Shown: positions 8,920 to 18,435 of the stretch, one piece after another
How the letters are laid out: each line of letters begins with the position of its first letter
Position numbering within the stretch: the stretch's first letter is position 1
From: an uncultured Phycisphaerales bacterium
GTDB taxonomy: Bacteria; Planctomycetota; B15-G4; CAYZWU01
Direction: 5' to 3'
DNA length: 39,017 bases
Assembly (NCBI GenBank): GCA_964482235.1
Contig: CAYZWU010000043.1
Span: forward strand, 1 to 39,017
The notes under the pieces: model-generated
What the model saw: only the letters and a program-made list of their open reading frames with translations
What the model was told of the DNA's origin: nothing
The model's database searches: none
Made by a program: the position numbers and the translations under genes

Positions 8920-10536
8920 ATGAGCCAGCGAACCCTGTTGCGCCGCATCTGTCGCGTCGCGGTTGTTCTTCAATCCTGCCTGATCGCCTTTCTGCTTCTG
9001 TCGTGCGGCTCCACTGATGAGGGCGTCGTTCTGCCGCTGTCCGACGGAAAGAGATCCGTCGCGGACGAGACGGCCGTCGACCTGGAGCGGGCCCTCTCCC
9101 TTGCCGGCGACAACCGCGCCGAGCTCGAGAAGGTGCTACGCCATTACGTCGACCAGGGCGATCCGAAAAAGCTCGAGGCCGCAAGGTTCCTCATCGCGAA
9201 CATGGACGGGCACGGCTACACCGTTGCGGCTTTCTATGACAAGGACAGGAACGAGATCGCCTTCGACGCCCTCGACTATTCCGGCTACGGCGAAGCGCAG
9301 GCTGCCTTCGATATCCTGGAAAAGAAGCACGGCACGATCGACTACAAGAGGAAGAGGTTCGACAAGGACCTCGAAACGATCACGGCCGACTACCTGATCG
9401 AGAACATCGACCTGGCGTTCAAGGTCTGGCGCGAGAGGCCCTGGGCCGCGAAGCTGTCGTTTGACGCGTTCTGCAACTTCGTCCTTCCCTACCGGGGAAG
9501 CAACGAGCCGCTGAACTCGTGGCGCGGCGCCTGCATGGAGAAGTTCGACGACCTCGCGGCCAGGATGAAGGATTCCGCGGACATCATTGAGGCCGGCGGC
9601 ATCATCAACGGAACGGCCCACGGCTGGGTCGGCTTCGACAGCCTCTACTACCTCCACCCCACGGACCAGGGATACGACGAGATGATGGAGCGCCGCAAGG
9701 GGCGGTGCGAGGACATCAGCAACATGGTGGGGTACGCCATGCGCGCCAACGCCGTGCCGTGCTCGGCGGACTACACCCCGCACTGGGCCAACCGCGACAA
9801 CAACCACGCCTGGGAGGTGCGCCTCGACGAGAACGGCCAGGGGCGAGCCGGGCTTTCCAACCGCGCCGCCAAGATCTATCGCAAGATGTTTGCCATCCAG
9901 AAAGGCAACCTCGGCTGCATCAAGAGCGAAAACGAGGAGGTGCCGCGCTGGCTTTCGGGAAAGAGCTATCGCGACGTGACGGCCCAGTACATGGAAACGA
10001 CGGACGTGACGATCGCGCTCGAGACGGAGGTGCCCGAAAAGGCGCGGTTCGCCTACATCTGCGTGTTCAACGGCGGGGAGTGGCGCGCGATCCACTGGGG
10101 AACGATCGAGAACGGCGGCGTGACGTTCTCCGACATGGGTCGGAGCATCGCCTACCTTCCCGCCTATTACGTGAACAAGGAGCTGGTGCCTGCCGCTCCG
10201 CCTTTCATCCTGACCGGGGAAGGAAAGGTCCGGACGCTCCGGGCCGACTTCGAAAGCAAGCCCGGTCTGGCGATCGAGATCATCGCCACCACGCCGAAAA
10301 CGCCCGATGCGGACACGCGGATCGAGCGGCCGATGATCCGCGTGAAGCCGGGCAAGGCGCACCAGCTCTTCATCTGGAAGAACGGCTGGGAGCCGCTGGG
10401 CAAGAAGATCGCGGGCGACGATCCCGTGGCTTTCGAGTCGATCCCGCCGGGCGGCCTCTACTGGCTGGTGCAGGAGGAGTCGCGCCGCCTGGAGCGGATC
10501 TTCACGATCGAGGACGGCAAGCAGGTCTGGTGGTAG
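8920..10536 (+). CDS. Transglutaminase-like superfamily lipoprotein (putative cysteine protease/transglutaminase core)
   Basis: Lipoprotein signal with LLLSCGS lipobox. Transglutaminase-like core is present: GRCEDISNMVGYAMRANAVPC (catalytic Cys), then HAWEVRL (His) downstream. A GAGGAGG SD lies 9 nt upstream. Confidence 0.75.
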   Translation: MSQRTLLRRICRVAVVLQSCLIAFLLLSCGSTDEGVVLPLSDGKRSVADETAVDLERALSLAGDNRAELEKVLRHYVDQGDPKKLEAARFLIANMDGHGYTVAAFYDKDRNEIAFDALDYSGYGEAQAAFDILEKKHGTIDYKRKRFDKDLETITADYLIENIDLAFKVWRERPWAAKLSFDAFCNFVLPYRGSNEPLNSWRGACMEKFDDLAARMKDSADIIEAGGIINGTAHGWVGFDSLYYLHPTDQGYDEMMERRKGRCEDISNMVGYAMRANAVPCSADYTPHWANRDNNHAWEVRLDENGQGRAGLSNRAAKIYRKMFAIQKGNLGCIKSENEEVPRWLSGKSYRDVTAQYMETTDVTIALETEVPEKARFAYICVFNGGEWRAIHWGTIENGGVTFSDMGRSIAYLPAYYVNKELVPAAPPFILTGEGKVRTLRADFESKPGLAIEIIATTPKTPDADTRIERPMIRVKPGKAHQLFIWKNGWEPLGKKIAGDDPVAFESIPPGGLYWLVQEESRRLERIFTIEDGKQVWW

Positions 10537-10627
10537 GAAGGCGCCTCCGCCGCCTCTTCGAGAGGGGCGATCTTGAGAGGCGACTGGACGCTTCTTCACA
10601 AAGACTGCCCAAGAATGAGAGGTTTGC

Positions 10628-13144
10628 ATGAGACGTCAGATCTGGTTTGTCGTCTTGCTCGTCCCGTCCCTTCTTGTTGCTTTTTCATCACCCGCCCGGA
10701 TCAAAGGCGAGGACAATCTCCTGAAGAACGGCTCCATCGACTCGGTTCGTCACTGGAAGAGCACAAGCATCCAAGGGGCGAAATTCGATCTTGACAAAAA
10801 AGAGGGGGGTGAAAAGAAGGGATCGCTCACCATCATCAAACCCGTGAAAGATGACACCTGCCATAGCTGGTTCCAGGCTCTCTCGCCGCTGCCCGACAAA
10901 CCCTGCAACCTGAAACTGATCGTCAAGATGAAGGCCGAGGGGCTCGAGGCAGGCAGCGAAGTCAACGTCATGGTGCAGTGCCTCGACGAGAACGGTCGGT
11001 TCGTTGGTGCGGGAAGATGCGATCCCCTTTCCGATGACACCGACTGGGTGGAGAGCAGCGATGTGTTCCTTGTGCCCGAAACCTGTTCGCGAATCAATGT
11101 GCTGGCCTACTTCGTGGGGCAGGGGCAAGCGTGGTTCGATGATTTCCGGCTCTTCCGAACAGAGGAGCCCGTCCCGAAACCGATACCGGGAGCGCCGGGC
11201 AAGACCGAATCGCGACTCCAGGAGCTGATGCGCGGCAGCACGGAGAATATCAGCTGGTGCTTCGATGCCGAGAAAGCCAGAAACCGAGCCAGGAAGGAAG
11301 GGAAGCCGATCCTCCTGTATGTTCGCTGTACCGATGACGGCAAAGGATATGCCTCGGCGCTTGAATCGATTCGGGCCCCGGACATCACCTGGCGTGACAA
11401 CGGCTTCAAGAAAGATCTGCTCTTCCGCGTGGGGCCGCTCTCGTACCGGGAAATGGAGGAGCTGATCGAGCGCCGGTTCGTCCCGCTCTGTCTGACCTAC
11501 AAGCTGAGCAGTCACGGCCAAGGCAATCCCGACCTGGAGGGAATCAAGGATCCTTTGGCTGATCTGGGATTGTCGGGGCAGGATTTCGTCACGCCCGCAC
11601 TCGCCGTTCTACGCAGGGACGGCAAGCTGTATCGCAAGATTCACCGCCTCGGCATTCTCTCACGGGACTTCATCGACCGATGGTTGCGACACTGTCTCCG
11701 CGGTCTGAAAGCATCGAGCAAATCCAAGGAAGCCGTTGATCTTTTCCATGATGGCGAACTGGAGCGCGTGACCGAACAGCTCGACAGGAATAAAGACATC
11801 GCGTCGAGGCTTCTCAAGGCAAGAGCCTTGCTTCGTCTTGGAAAGTTGAAGGAGACGGAGAAGGCGCTCTTGGGAGTCAGGCATCCCGGCGCTCTGGCGC
11901 TGCGCGGAAGAATCGAGCTGCTGCGCGGCAACTGGGACAAGGCCGCCGGTTTTTTCAGACAATCCGTCAAAGCCGGGAAGGAGCCGGTCAAGGAAGAGGC
12001 CACGTTCTATCTGGGCTGGTGCCTGGCGAGAACGGGTGCCCGCGAGGATGCGTGCAAAGCCTGGAAGAAGATAGTCGGCGAGACCTGTTTCGGACGAAAA
12101 GCGGCTGCCTGCCTGCTCGAGGGCGCACCGCGCCTGATGATGGCGGAGGTCATGCGCGCTCTGCCCGAATTCGACGAATGGCCCGAGCAGACGGAATACG
12201 CGGAACCCGCTCCCTTCGATGCGAGACGATCGTTGACAATTCTACTGGAACTCCAGCGGGAGGACGGCTCCTTCGGGGACCACGGCGGTCCGGGCGGACC
12301 CGGCGGAACGGACGCCGCCATCACCGCGATCGCGGCCGATGCACTCTGGACATGGAAAAGCCGTGTCCCGCAGTCCCTGAACCGGCGGATGGAAAGGGCA
12401 CACAAGCGAGCTCTGGAATTCCTGGACGCATGGGCGAAGCGGCCGCAGTCCGGAAACGGTAAACCGTTCGACAACGCGTACGCCCTGATGCATCTGGTGC
12501 GTGTCGGCGAGAAACGGACGGCGAAGAAGATAATTGGCCACATCGAGAACACACAACACGAGGACGGCAACTGGACCGTCTACACCCCGGACCGCCCGGC
12601 TTCCTTCAACACGGCTCTCTGCATCATGGCGTTGGCCCAGTCGAAGGAAAAAGGGTACGCGATTCCAAAGAAGTGCCTGGAGCGTGGCGTGAAAGCGCTG
12701 GCAGCCATGAGACAGCCCAGCGGCCATTTCCCCTATTCGACCAAGCCGGGCCATGAGTGGATGACCACGGATCATGGGGCGATCGCCAGGAACGCCCTCT
12801 GCGAGCATGCGCTCCTGATCAACGGGGAGGGTGACCGGTCCGGTATCGACAAGGCCTTGAATTTCTTTCTCGAATACCACGAGGAGCTGAGGCTGCCCAC
12901 GAAGAAGCTCTACGATTATTTCAATCCGCGCGGACATGGCGGGTACTACTTCTTCTTTGCCCACCGGAACGCCATCGAGGCGGCCGCCTTCGCGGATCAG
13001 AAGATGAAAAAGAAGACGTACCAGGCCGTGCGCAGGGCAGTGCTGTCCGCATCTGAGTTCGACGGGACGTTCATGGACTGTTATCTTCTCGGCCGTGCCT
13101 ATGGAACGGCCATGGCGCTATGGATCCTGGCCCGGGAGGAGTAG
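10628..13144 (+). CDS. Secreted multidomain protein: N-terminal CBM-like beta-sandwich, thioredoxin-like segment, TPR-like region, and C-terminal squalene-cyclase/prenyltransferase-type alpha/alpha-toroid repeats
   Basis: Signal peptide MRRQIWFVVLLVPSLLVAFSSPA. QW-type repeats (QREDGSFGD, QHEDGNWT, RQPSGHFPY) are typical of the prenyltransferase/squalene oxidase repeat. It is 838 aa with a GAGAGG SD. Confidence 0.65.
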   Translation: MRRQIWFVVLLVPSLLVAFSSPARIKGEDNLLKNGSIDSVRHWKSTSIQGAKFDLDKKEGGEKKGSLTIIKPVKDDTCHSWFQALSPLPDKPCNLKLIVKMKAEGLEAGSEVNVMVQCLDENGRFVGAGRCDPLSDDTDWVESSDVFLVPETCSRINVLAYFVGQGQAWFDDFRLFRTEEPVPKPIPGAPGKTESRLQELMRGSTENISWCFDAEKARNRARKEGKPILLYVRCTDDGKGYASALESIRAPDITWRDNGFKKDLLFRVGPLSYREMEELIERRFVPLCLTYKLSSHGQGNPDLEGIKDPLADLGLSGQDFVTPALAVLRRDGKLYRKIHRLGILSRDFIDRWLRHCLRGLKASSKSKEAVDLFHDGELERVTEQLDRNKDIASRLLKARALLRLGKLKETEKALLGVRHPGALALRGRIELLRGNWDKAAGFFRQSVKAGKEPVKEEATFYLGWCLARTGAREDACKAWKKIVGETCFGRKAAACLLEGAPRLMMAEVMRALPEFDEWPEQTEYAEPAPFDARRSLTILLELQREDGSFGDHGGPGGPGGTDAAITAIAADALWTWKSRVPQSLNRRMERAHKRALEFLDAWAKRPQSGNGKPFDNAYALMHLVRVGEKRTAKKIIGHIENTQHEDGNWTVYTPDRPASFNTALCIMALAQSKEKGYAIPKKCLERGVKALAAMRQPSGHFPYSTKPGHEWMTTDHGAIARNALCEHALLINGEGDRSGIDKALNFFLEYHEELRLPTKKLYDYFNPRGHGGYYFFFAHRNAIEAAAFADQKMKKKTYQAVRRAVLSASEFDGTFMDCYLLGRAYGTAMALWILAREE

Positions 13145-13159
13145 CGGAAGGGGGCGAAT

Positions 13160-16100
13160 ATGAGAAGCGGCGTCTGTCTCGAAAAAAGGGTGACCGGGCG
13201 TATCAATGTCCTGGTTTGGCTCGTGATCGCGGCGCTTCTCTTCAGCTGCAGCCGCAGCGAGGAGTCCGATGTCGATGCCGTTCTCGAACGACTTGATCTC
13301 GGACAGCAGGGTCCTGCACGTGGGATCTGCGTCGTGGCCGGCGACAGGGATTGCGCCCTGGCTCTCGATCTGGCCGGAAAAAGCGAGCTACTCCTCTACG
13401 TCCAGCTCGAAAGGAGCGGCGATGTGGAGAGAGCCCGCAGTACCGCGGCTGACGCCGGGCTGTACGGCAGCACGATCTACGTGGAGAAGGGGAGTGCCCG
13501 CAGGGTTCACCTGGCCGACAACCTGGCCGACATCGTCGTGGCCGTCGGCGAGGCGGCGGCGATGCCCGAGTCCGAGGCATTCCGCGTGCTTCGGCCCGGC
13601 GGCCTGGCCCTGCTCGGCGAGAGGGAGCTGACGGCCCCGCCCCTCGACGGGGCGGACGACTGGAGCCACCCCTATCACGGGCCGGACAACAACACCCAGT
13701 CGAACGACCGGATCGTGCGGGCGCCCTACCTGACCCAGTTCCTGGCCGATCCGCGCTACGCGCCCCTTCCCCAGGTCACGGTGGCCTCGGCGGGACGCGT
13801 GTTCAAGGTCTTCGGCCACGTGGCGTTCAAGGAGCGGGAGGAGCCGTGGCTCAACAAGCTCGTGGCCTTCAACGGGTACAACGGCACGATCCTCTGGACG
13901 CGCGACCTGGTGCCGGGAATCATGATCCACCGCAACACGATCGTGGCCACACCCACGACCCTCTACCTGGGGAACAACAAGGCGTGCCAGGTGATCGACG
14001 CGGCCACCGGCGAGCTGCAGCGTGTGATCGTGCCGCCCGAGGACGCGGCGGGCGGCACCTTCTGGAAGTGGCTCGCACTCGAGGATGGTATTCTCTACGC
14101 GCTGATCGGCGAGCAGGAGCCCCTCGACCCAGTGGAGCGCCACAAGCGGCAGGTTCACGGCTGGCCCTGGGACAAGATCTCGCGAGGCTTCAACATCGCC
14201 GAGAATCCCTGGGGCTTCGGCCGAACCGTGCTGGCCATCGATCCGGAGACGGAGAAGATCCTCTGGAGCCACAGGGAGGAGAAGCCGATCGACAGCCGGG
14301 CGCTCTGCATGAAGAGCGGGCGCCTATTCATCTACAGGCACGGAGCCTATCTCGCCTGCCTCGACACGCGATCGGGAAAGGAGATCTGGCGCAGGAGCGC
14401 GCAGCAGGAGGAGCGTGCCTACTTCGCGGGGCCGCCTTCATCCCTCTCGGTCTGGATCGAGTCGATCGACCGCAACACGGGGCGGGTCGTCTTCAACGGG
14501 CACGATGCCGGCAAGCCAGAGAAACCCTTCGCCTGGGACTTCGGCGACGGCTCGCCTGCGACCGGCTTCTTCCCCATGACGCACACGTTCCCCGATCTGA
14601 ACAGGAACTACACCGTCCGCGTCGAGGCGTATTACGAGGACAGGCCCGCGGCGTCGAAGGAGATCGCGGTCCGCTTCGGCGGGATCTCCTACAGCAGGGA
14701 GAACGCGCCGGAGCTGTTCGAGACGATCGGGATCTACAGGAACCGCCAGGGGTGGAGCACCAACTGGCGGACCACGTGTTATCTCAAGTGCAGCGACGAG
14801 GCGCTCTACTTCGCCGGTCCGCAGATGGAGAAGCTCGTCGCCGTTTCCACCGACGACGGCACGGTCCTCTGGGAACACGGGTACGACAACTTCCAGCTCG
14901 TCCTGCGCGACGAGGGCCTCTACGGCATCAGCGGTCCCTGGGGAACGCGCGACAGCCGCGTGTTCGATCCTCTCACCGGCACGGTGAAGGCCAGCCTCGA
15001 TATCGGCCGCCGGGCCTGCGCGCGACCATCGGGCTCGGCCGATGCGCTCTTCTTCCGCGCGGCCGGCGGATCGGTCCGTCTCGACGTGCCGAGCGGCCAA
15101 CCCCAGTGGATCTCGCCCATGCGCGCCCAGTGCCACGACGGCGTGACCGTGGCTAACGGGCTTCTCTACTGGTGGCCCTCCGTCTGCGACTGCAACCTCA
15201 CCCTCTACGGCGTCACCTGCCTGGGGCCGGCCGGCGACTTCGAGTTCGACGGGATGGCGACGGGGGAGGAACGGCTCGATGTCGGCGGGGGTAGGAAGGG
15301 GAAGGTGGCGAGCCTGCCCGAGACGCCGGCCGACTGGCCGGCCTTCCGGGCGAACTCCCGATGCACGGCGGTCTCGCAGGCCGTGATCCCGGAGAAGTGC
15401 GGCCTTCTCTGGAGCGGGTCGCTCCCTGGCGGGGTGACGCCCACGGCGCCTTCGGCAGTGGGCAACCTTGTCTTTCTCGGCGGGTCCGACGGAGTTGTGC
15501 GGGCTTTCGATCCGACCTCGGGCGAGGAGAAATGGAGCGCCTTCACGGGCGGGGCGATCCGCTTTCCGCCCACCGTGCACGACGGCCGCGCCTTTGTCGG
15601 TTCGGGCGACGGCTGGATCTACGCCTTCGAGGCGCGGACAGGGCGGCTTCTCTGGCGGTTCAGGGCCGCGCCCGAGGAGCGCCGGATTCCGGTCTACGGA
15701 AAGCTCCTCTCCACGTGGCCCGTGGCGAGCAGCGTGATCGCGGAGGACGGGAAAGTTTTTCTGGCTGCCGGCATCGCCAACTTCGACGGCACGCACCTCT
15801 TCGCACTCGATGCGGCGACCGGCAAGGTCCTCTGGCAGAACAGCGGATCCGGGCACCTCGATCGCGAGGCGCGGACGGGTGTGAGCGTTCAGGGTCACCT
15901 GCTCCTGCACGACGGGAAGCTCTACCTGGCCGGAGGAACCTCCGTGTCGCCGGCCGTCTTCGATGCGGCGACGGGGCGCTGTCTGAACGACCCGAAGCCT
16001 CTCGGCCAATGCATGGCCCGGGCGTCGCGCGGATGGGAGCTCTTCCTCGTGGGAGACAAGGTCGTCGCTTGCGGCCGGCCGTTCTACGCCGATCCGAAAT

Positions 16101-16534
16101 CCGTTGTCTATGACGGAGACGTTCACCAGAAGATGCTCGTTGCTCCCCTGGGCGACCGCGACATCCTCTGGCTCAACAACCAGCACATCCTCTGCTATCC
16201 AACGATTGAACAAGAGCGGCTCTCGGCCTGTGTGGCGGACCGGAACAAGCAGAACTGGTTCAGCTACAACTGGGGCCGCCTCGACCTGCCCGGCCTAGCG
16301 CCCCTCTGGACGGCGGAGTTCAAAAACAGTGTCGCCCTGGCTGCTTGCCGCAACGCCGTGGTGGCAGCCGGCATGTCAGAGGTCCGCGCTCTGGACCTCG
16401 AAAACGGCACACTGATCTGGAAACAACTGCTGGAATCCAAACCAGTCCCGTGGGGCCTGGCCGTGGACCGCCATGGCCGATCGATCGTCACCCTGGAGAA
16501 CGGCCGCATTCTCTGCTTCGGATCCGCGGAGTGA
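13160..16534 (+). CDS. Lipoprotein with PQQ-like beta-propeller repeats and an embedded PKD domain
   Basis: Lipobox LLFSCS. PKD signature present (FAWDFGDGSPATG...YTVRVEAYY). There are many PQQ/BamB-like repeat blocks (LYALDAATGKVLWQ, VRAFDPTSGEEKWS, IYAFEARTGRLLWR). It is 1124 aa and starts 16 nt after the previous gene. Confidence 0.7.
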   Translation: MRSGVCLEKRVTGRINVLVWLVIAALLFSCSRSEESDVDAVLERLDLGQQGPARGICVVAGDRDCALALDLAGKSELLLYVQLERSGDVERARSTAADAGLYGSTIYVEKGSARRVHLADNLADIVVAVGEAAAMPESEAFRVLRPGGLALLGERELTAPPLDGADDWSHPYHGPDNNTQSNDRIVRAPYLTQFLADPRYAPLPQVTVASAGRVFKVFGHVAFKEREEPWLNKLVAFNGYNGTILWTRDLVPGIMIHRNTIVATPTTLYLGNNKACQVIDAATGELQRVIVPPEDAAGGTFWKWLALEDGILYALIGEQEPLDPVERHKRQVHGWPWDKISRGFNIAENPWGFGRTVLAIDPETEKILWSHREEKPIDSRALCMKSGRLFIYRHGAYLACLDTRSGKEIWRRSAQQEERAYFAGPPSSLSVWIESIDRNTGRVVFNGHDAGKPEKPFAWDFGDGSPATGFFPMTHTFPDLNRNYTVRVEAYYEDRPAASKEIAVRFGGISYSRENAPELFETIGIYRNRQGWSTNWRTTCYLKCSDEALYFAGPQMEKLVAVSTDDGTVLWEHGYDNFQLVLRDEGLYGISGPWGTRDSRVFDPLTGTVKASLDIGRRACARPSGSADALFFRAAGGSVRLDVPSGQPQWISPMRAQCHDGVTVANGLLYWWPSVCDCNLTLYGVTCLGPAGDFEFDGMATGEERLDVGGGRKGKVASLPETPADWPAFRANSRCTAVSQAVIPEKCGLLWSGSLPGGVTPTAPSAVGNLVFLGGSDGVVRAFDPTSGEEKWSAFTGGAIRFPPTVHDGRAFVGSGDGWIYAFEARTGRLLWRFRAAPEERRIPVYGKLLSTWPVASSVIAEDGKVFLAAGIANFDGTHLFALDAATGKVLWQNSGSGHLDREARTGVSVQGHLLLHDGKLYLAGGTSVSPAVFDAATGRCLNDPKPLGQCMARASRGWELFLVGDKVVACGRPFYADPKSVVYDGDVHQKMLVAPLGDRDILWLNNQHILCYPTIEQERLSACVADRNKQNWFSYNWGRLDLPGLAPLWTAEFKNSVALAACRNAVVAAGMSEVRALDLENGTLIWKQLLESKPVPWGLAVDRHGRSIVTLENGRILCFGSAE

Positions 16535-16576
16535 GCCTGCCGCAATTTTCTTTGTTCGGGGTGAGCCTTCCGGGGC

Positions 16577-16648
16577 GGCGTGAAGAGTGAATCGCCGGAA
16601 CGTCCTCGCCGAGCCTGCGGAATGTTCCGGTGATTCACTCTTCACGCC
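16577..16648. repeat. Hairpin repeat copy A (25-bp stem with 1 mismatch, conserved 22-nt loop GTCCTCGCCGAGCCTGCGGAAT); possible intrinsic terminator for the upstream operon
   Basis: ggcgtgaagagtgaatcgccggaac / loop / gttccggtgattcactcttcacgcc. It lies 43 nt after the stop of the 13160..16534 gene. The same core recurs at 16737, 26385 and 26640. Confidence 0.8.
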
Positions 16649-16736
16649 TTCGGAGCGGTGCATCAACACGTGTGGCGCGCTCTTCCGTAATGTGATGAGC
16701 CTTTTCTCCTCTTCTGATGTTGTCGCCCGATAAGGT

Positions 16737-16810
16737 GCGCGAGAAGGGGCAAGGGGCGGAACATTCCGCAGGCTCGGCGAGGACGTTCCGCCCCTTGCCC
16801 CTTCTCGCGC
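16737..16810. repeat. Hairpin repeat copy B (perfect 26-bp stem; conserved loop in inverted orientation relative to copy A)
   Basis: gcgcgagaaggggcaaggggcggaac / ATTCCGCAGGCTCGGCGAGGAC / gttccgccccttgccccttctcgcgc. It lies 88 bp from copy A and 72 bp upstream of the 16883 start codon. Confidence 0.8.
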
Positions 16811-16882
16811 AAGCGCCCACCTCGCGGCTGGCGTTGACTTCATTTCCCTGATGCCTTAGAAAAGAAGCCCAAGGAGCACTAG

Positions 16883-18037
16883 ATGAAAACAGCGGAAGCC
16901 AAGAAAGCGCGCGTGCTCGCGGCGATCGAGAACCGTCTGCCCGATCGTGTTCCCATGGGCGAGTTCTTCTGGTCGAGCTTTCTCGAGCGGGCCGGCAAGG
17001 AACTGGCCGGCGGGGGCAGCTTCGATCCTTATCGCTACTGGGATCTCGATCTCGTGGTGATCTGTCCCAACATGGATCCTCATCTGACCGGGATCGAGGT
17101 GCTGGAGGATACACCGGAACGCCAGAAGGTGAAGACCGGTTTCGGCGCCCTGATCGAGCGGCGTGCCGCGTACGCCATGCCGCTCTTCCTCGACTTCGAG
17201 ACGAAGAGCCTGGAACAGATGGACGCCTTCGTGTTCGACGATCCCGGGGACAGGAGGCGCTACTTCGAGGCGCTGGACGACCAGATCAACTCCGTCGGCG
17301 ATCGGCTGAACCTCGGTTTTCCACCGTTCATCGACAGGGTGAAGATGTACGCCGACGACTTCTGCGTCTTCGGCGGCGTCTGCGAGCCCCACGAGATGCT
17401 CTGGCGCATCATGGGCACGGAGAATGTTCTGATCAAGCTAGCTGAGGCGCCGGACCGGATGGCGGCCTTCATCGAGAGGCTGGGCGACTTTCTCGTGGGT
17501 ATCGCAAAAGGCCAGATCGCTGCGGCCGATGGCAGGCTCAGCGGACTCTACATCTGGGGCGACATCGCCTACAAGCACGGCATGTTCTTTTCCCCTGAAT
17601 ACTGGCGCAAGGTATACAAGCCGCAGCTCGAACGGATCTGCGACGTGGTGCACGCCGCCGGGCTCAAGACGATCTATCACGGCTGCGGCGACGCCAGCGT
17701 GGTGTTCGACGACATGATCGAGGCCGGCGTCGATGCCGTCAATCCTCTCGAGGCCAAGGCGGGACTCGACGTGGTGGCCATGAAGCGGCGCTTCAAGGAC
17801 CGCTGGGCCTTCAACGGCAACATCGACGTGCAGGTCCTGTCCACGAACGATCGGGAGCAGATCCGGCGCGAGGTGCTGACCAAGCTCAACGCGGCCAAGG
17901 GCGGCGGATTCATCGTGCAGTCCGACCACTCGGTACCGGAGAGCGTCGATCCCGGGACCTACGACTACGTGGTCCGGCTCGTGCGGGAGCACGGCCGCTA
18001 TCCGCTCGACCTGCAGGAGTTCGATACCGGGATCTGA
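16883..18037 (+). CDS. Uroporphyrinogen decarboxylase (URO-D)-like / MtaA-like family protein, paralog 1
   Basis: 384 aa. URO-D-like fold features are present (C-terminal GGGFIVQSDHSVP; HGCGD mid-protein). An AAGGAG SD lies upstream. It is the first gene after the repeat pair. Confidence 0.75.
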   Translation: MKTAEAKKARVLAAIENRLPDRVPMGEFFWSSFLERAGKELAGGGSFDPYRYWDLDLVVICPNMDPHLTGIEVLEDTPERQKVKTGFGALIERRAAYAMPLFLDFETKSLEQMDAFVFDDPGDRRRYFEALDDQINSVGDRLNLGFPPFIDRVKMYADDFCVFGGVCEPHEMLWRIMGTENVLIKLAEAPDRMAAFIERLGDFLVGIAKGQIAAADGRLSGLYIWGDIAYKHGMFFSPEYWRKVYKPQLERICDVVHAAGLKTIYHGCGDASVVFDDMIEAGVDAVNPLEAKAGLDVVAMKRRFKDRWAFNGNIDVQVLSTNDREQIRREVLTKLNAAKGGGFIVQSDHSVPESVDPGTYDYVVRLVREHGRYPLDLQEFDTGI

Positions 18038-18111
18038 TCCTCGCGGAGCCGCTGCGCGCGGCGGGCTGACGATCGGGAGAGCCTTGCGGCAAACCCCTTA
18101 AGAGGTGGAAC

Positions 18112-18435
18112 GTGAAACGGTACGGCATGGTGATAAAGGTCCTTCCCCACAAGCTCGACGAGTACAGACGCCTGCACGAAGCCGTCTGGCCCGACGTGCT
18201 GAAGAAGATCAAGGAGTGCCGGATCGAGAACTACTCGATCTTCTACAAGGACGGTTATCTCTTCAGCTACTTCGAATACCTGGGTGACGACTTCGAGAAG
18301 GACATGGCGGCCATGGCGGCCGATCCGGCCACGCGGAAGTGGTGGGACGTCTGCGTCCCCTGCCTCGAGCCGCTCGAATCACGGGCCGAGGGGGAGCTCT
18401 GGGCTTCCATGGAGGAGGTGTTCCATTGCGATTGA
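18112..18435 (+). CDS. rhaM: L-rhamnose mutarotase (RhaM/RhaU family), cytoplasmic
   Basis: 107 aa with a GTG start and AAGAGGTGG SD. Pattern HEAVWPDVLKKIKECRIENYSIFYKDGYLFSYFEY...KWW...W matches the RhaM alpha+beta barrel family. Confidence 0.75.
   Translation: MKRYGMVIKVLPHKLDEYRRLHEAVWPDVLKKIKECRIENYSIFYKDGYLFSYFEYLGDDFEKDMAAMAADPATRKWWDVCVPCLEPLESRAEGELWASMEEVFHCD

Noticed and set aside
16535-16882. Small protein-coding genes or tRNA in the 348-bp intergenic region carrying repeat copies A and B
   Set aside because: Frames are short and dominated by the palindromes. No cloverleaf-compatible structure or anticodon-arm pattern. The sequence is explained by the two hairpin repeats plus spacer.
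18339-18425. Upstream 29-codon extension of URO-D paralog 2 overlapping rhaM
   Set aside because: No ATG/GTG with an SD in that stretch. It overlaps the rhaM coding sequence in another frame. The TTG at 18426 with the GGAGGAGG SD is more parsimonious.
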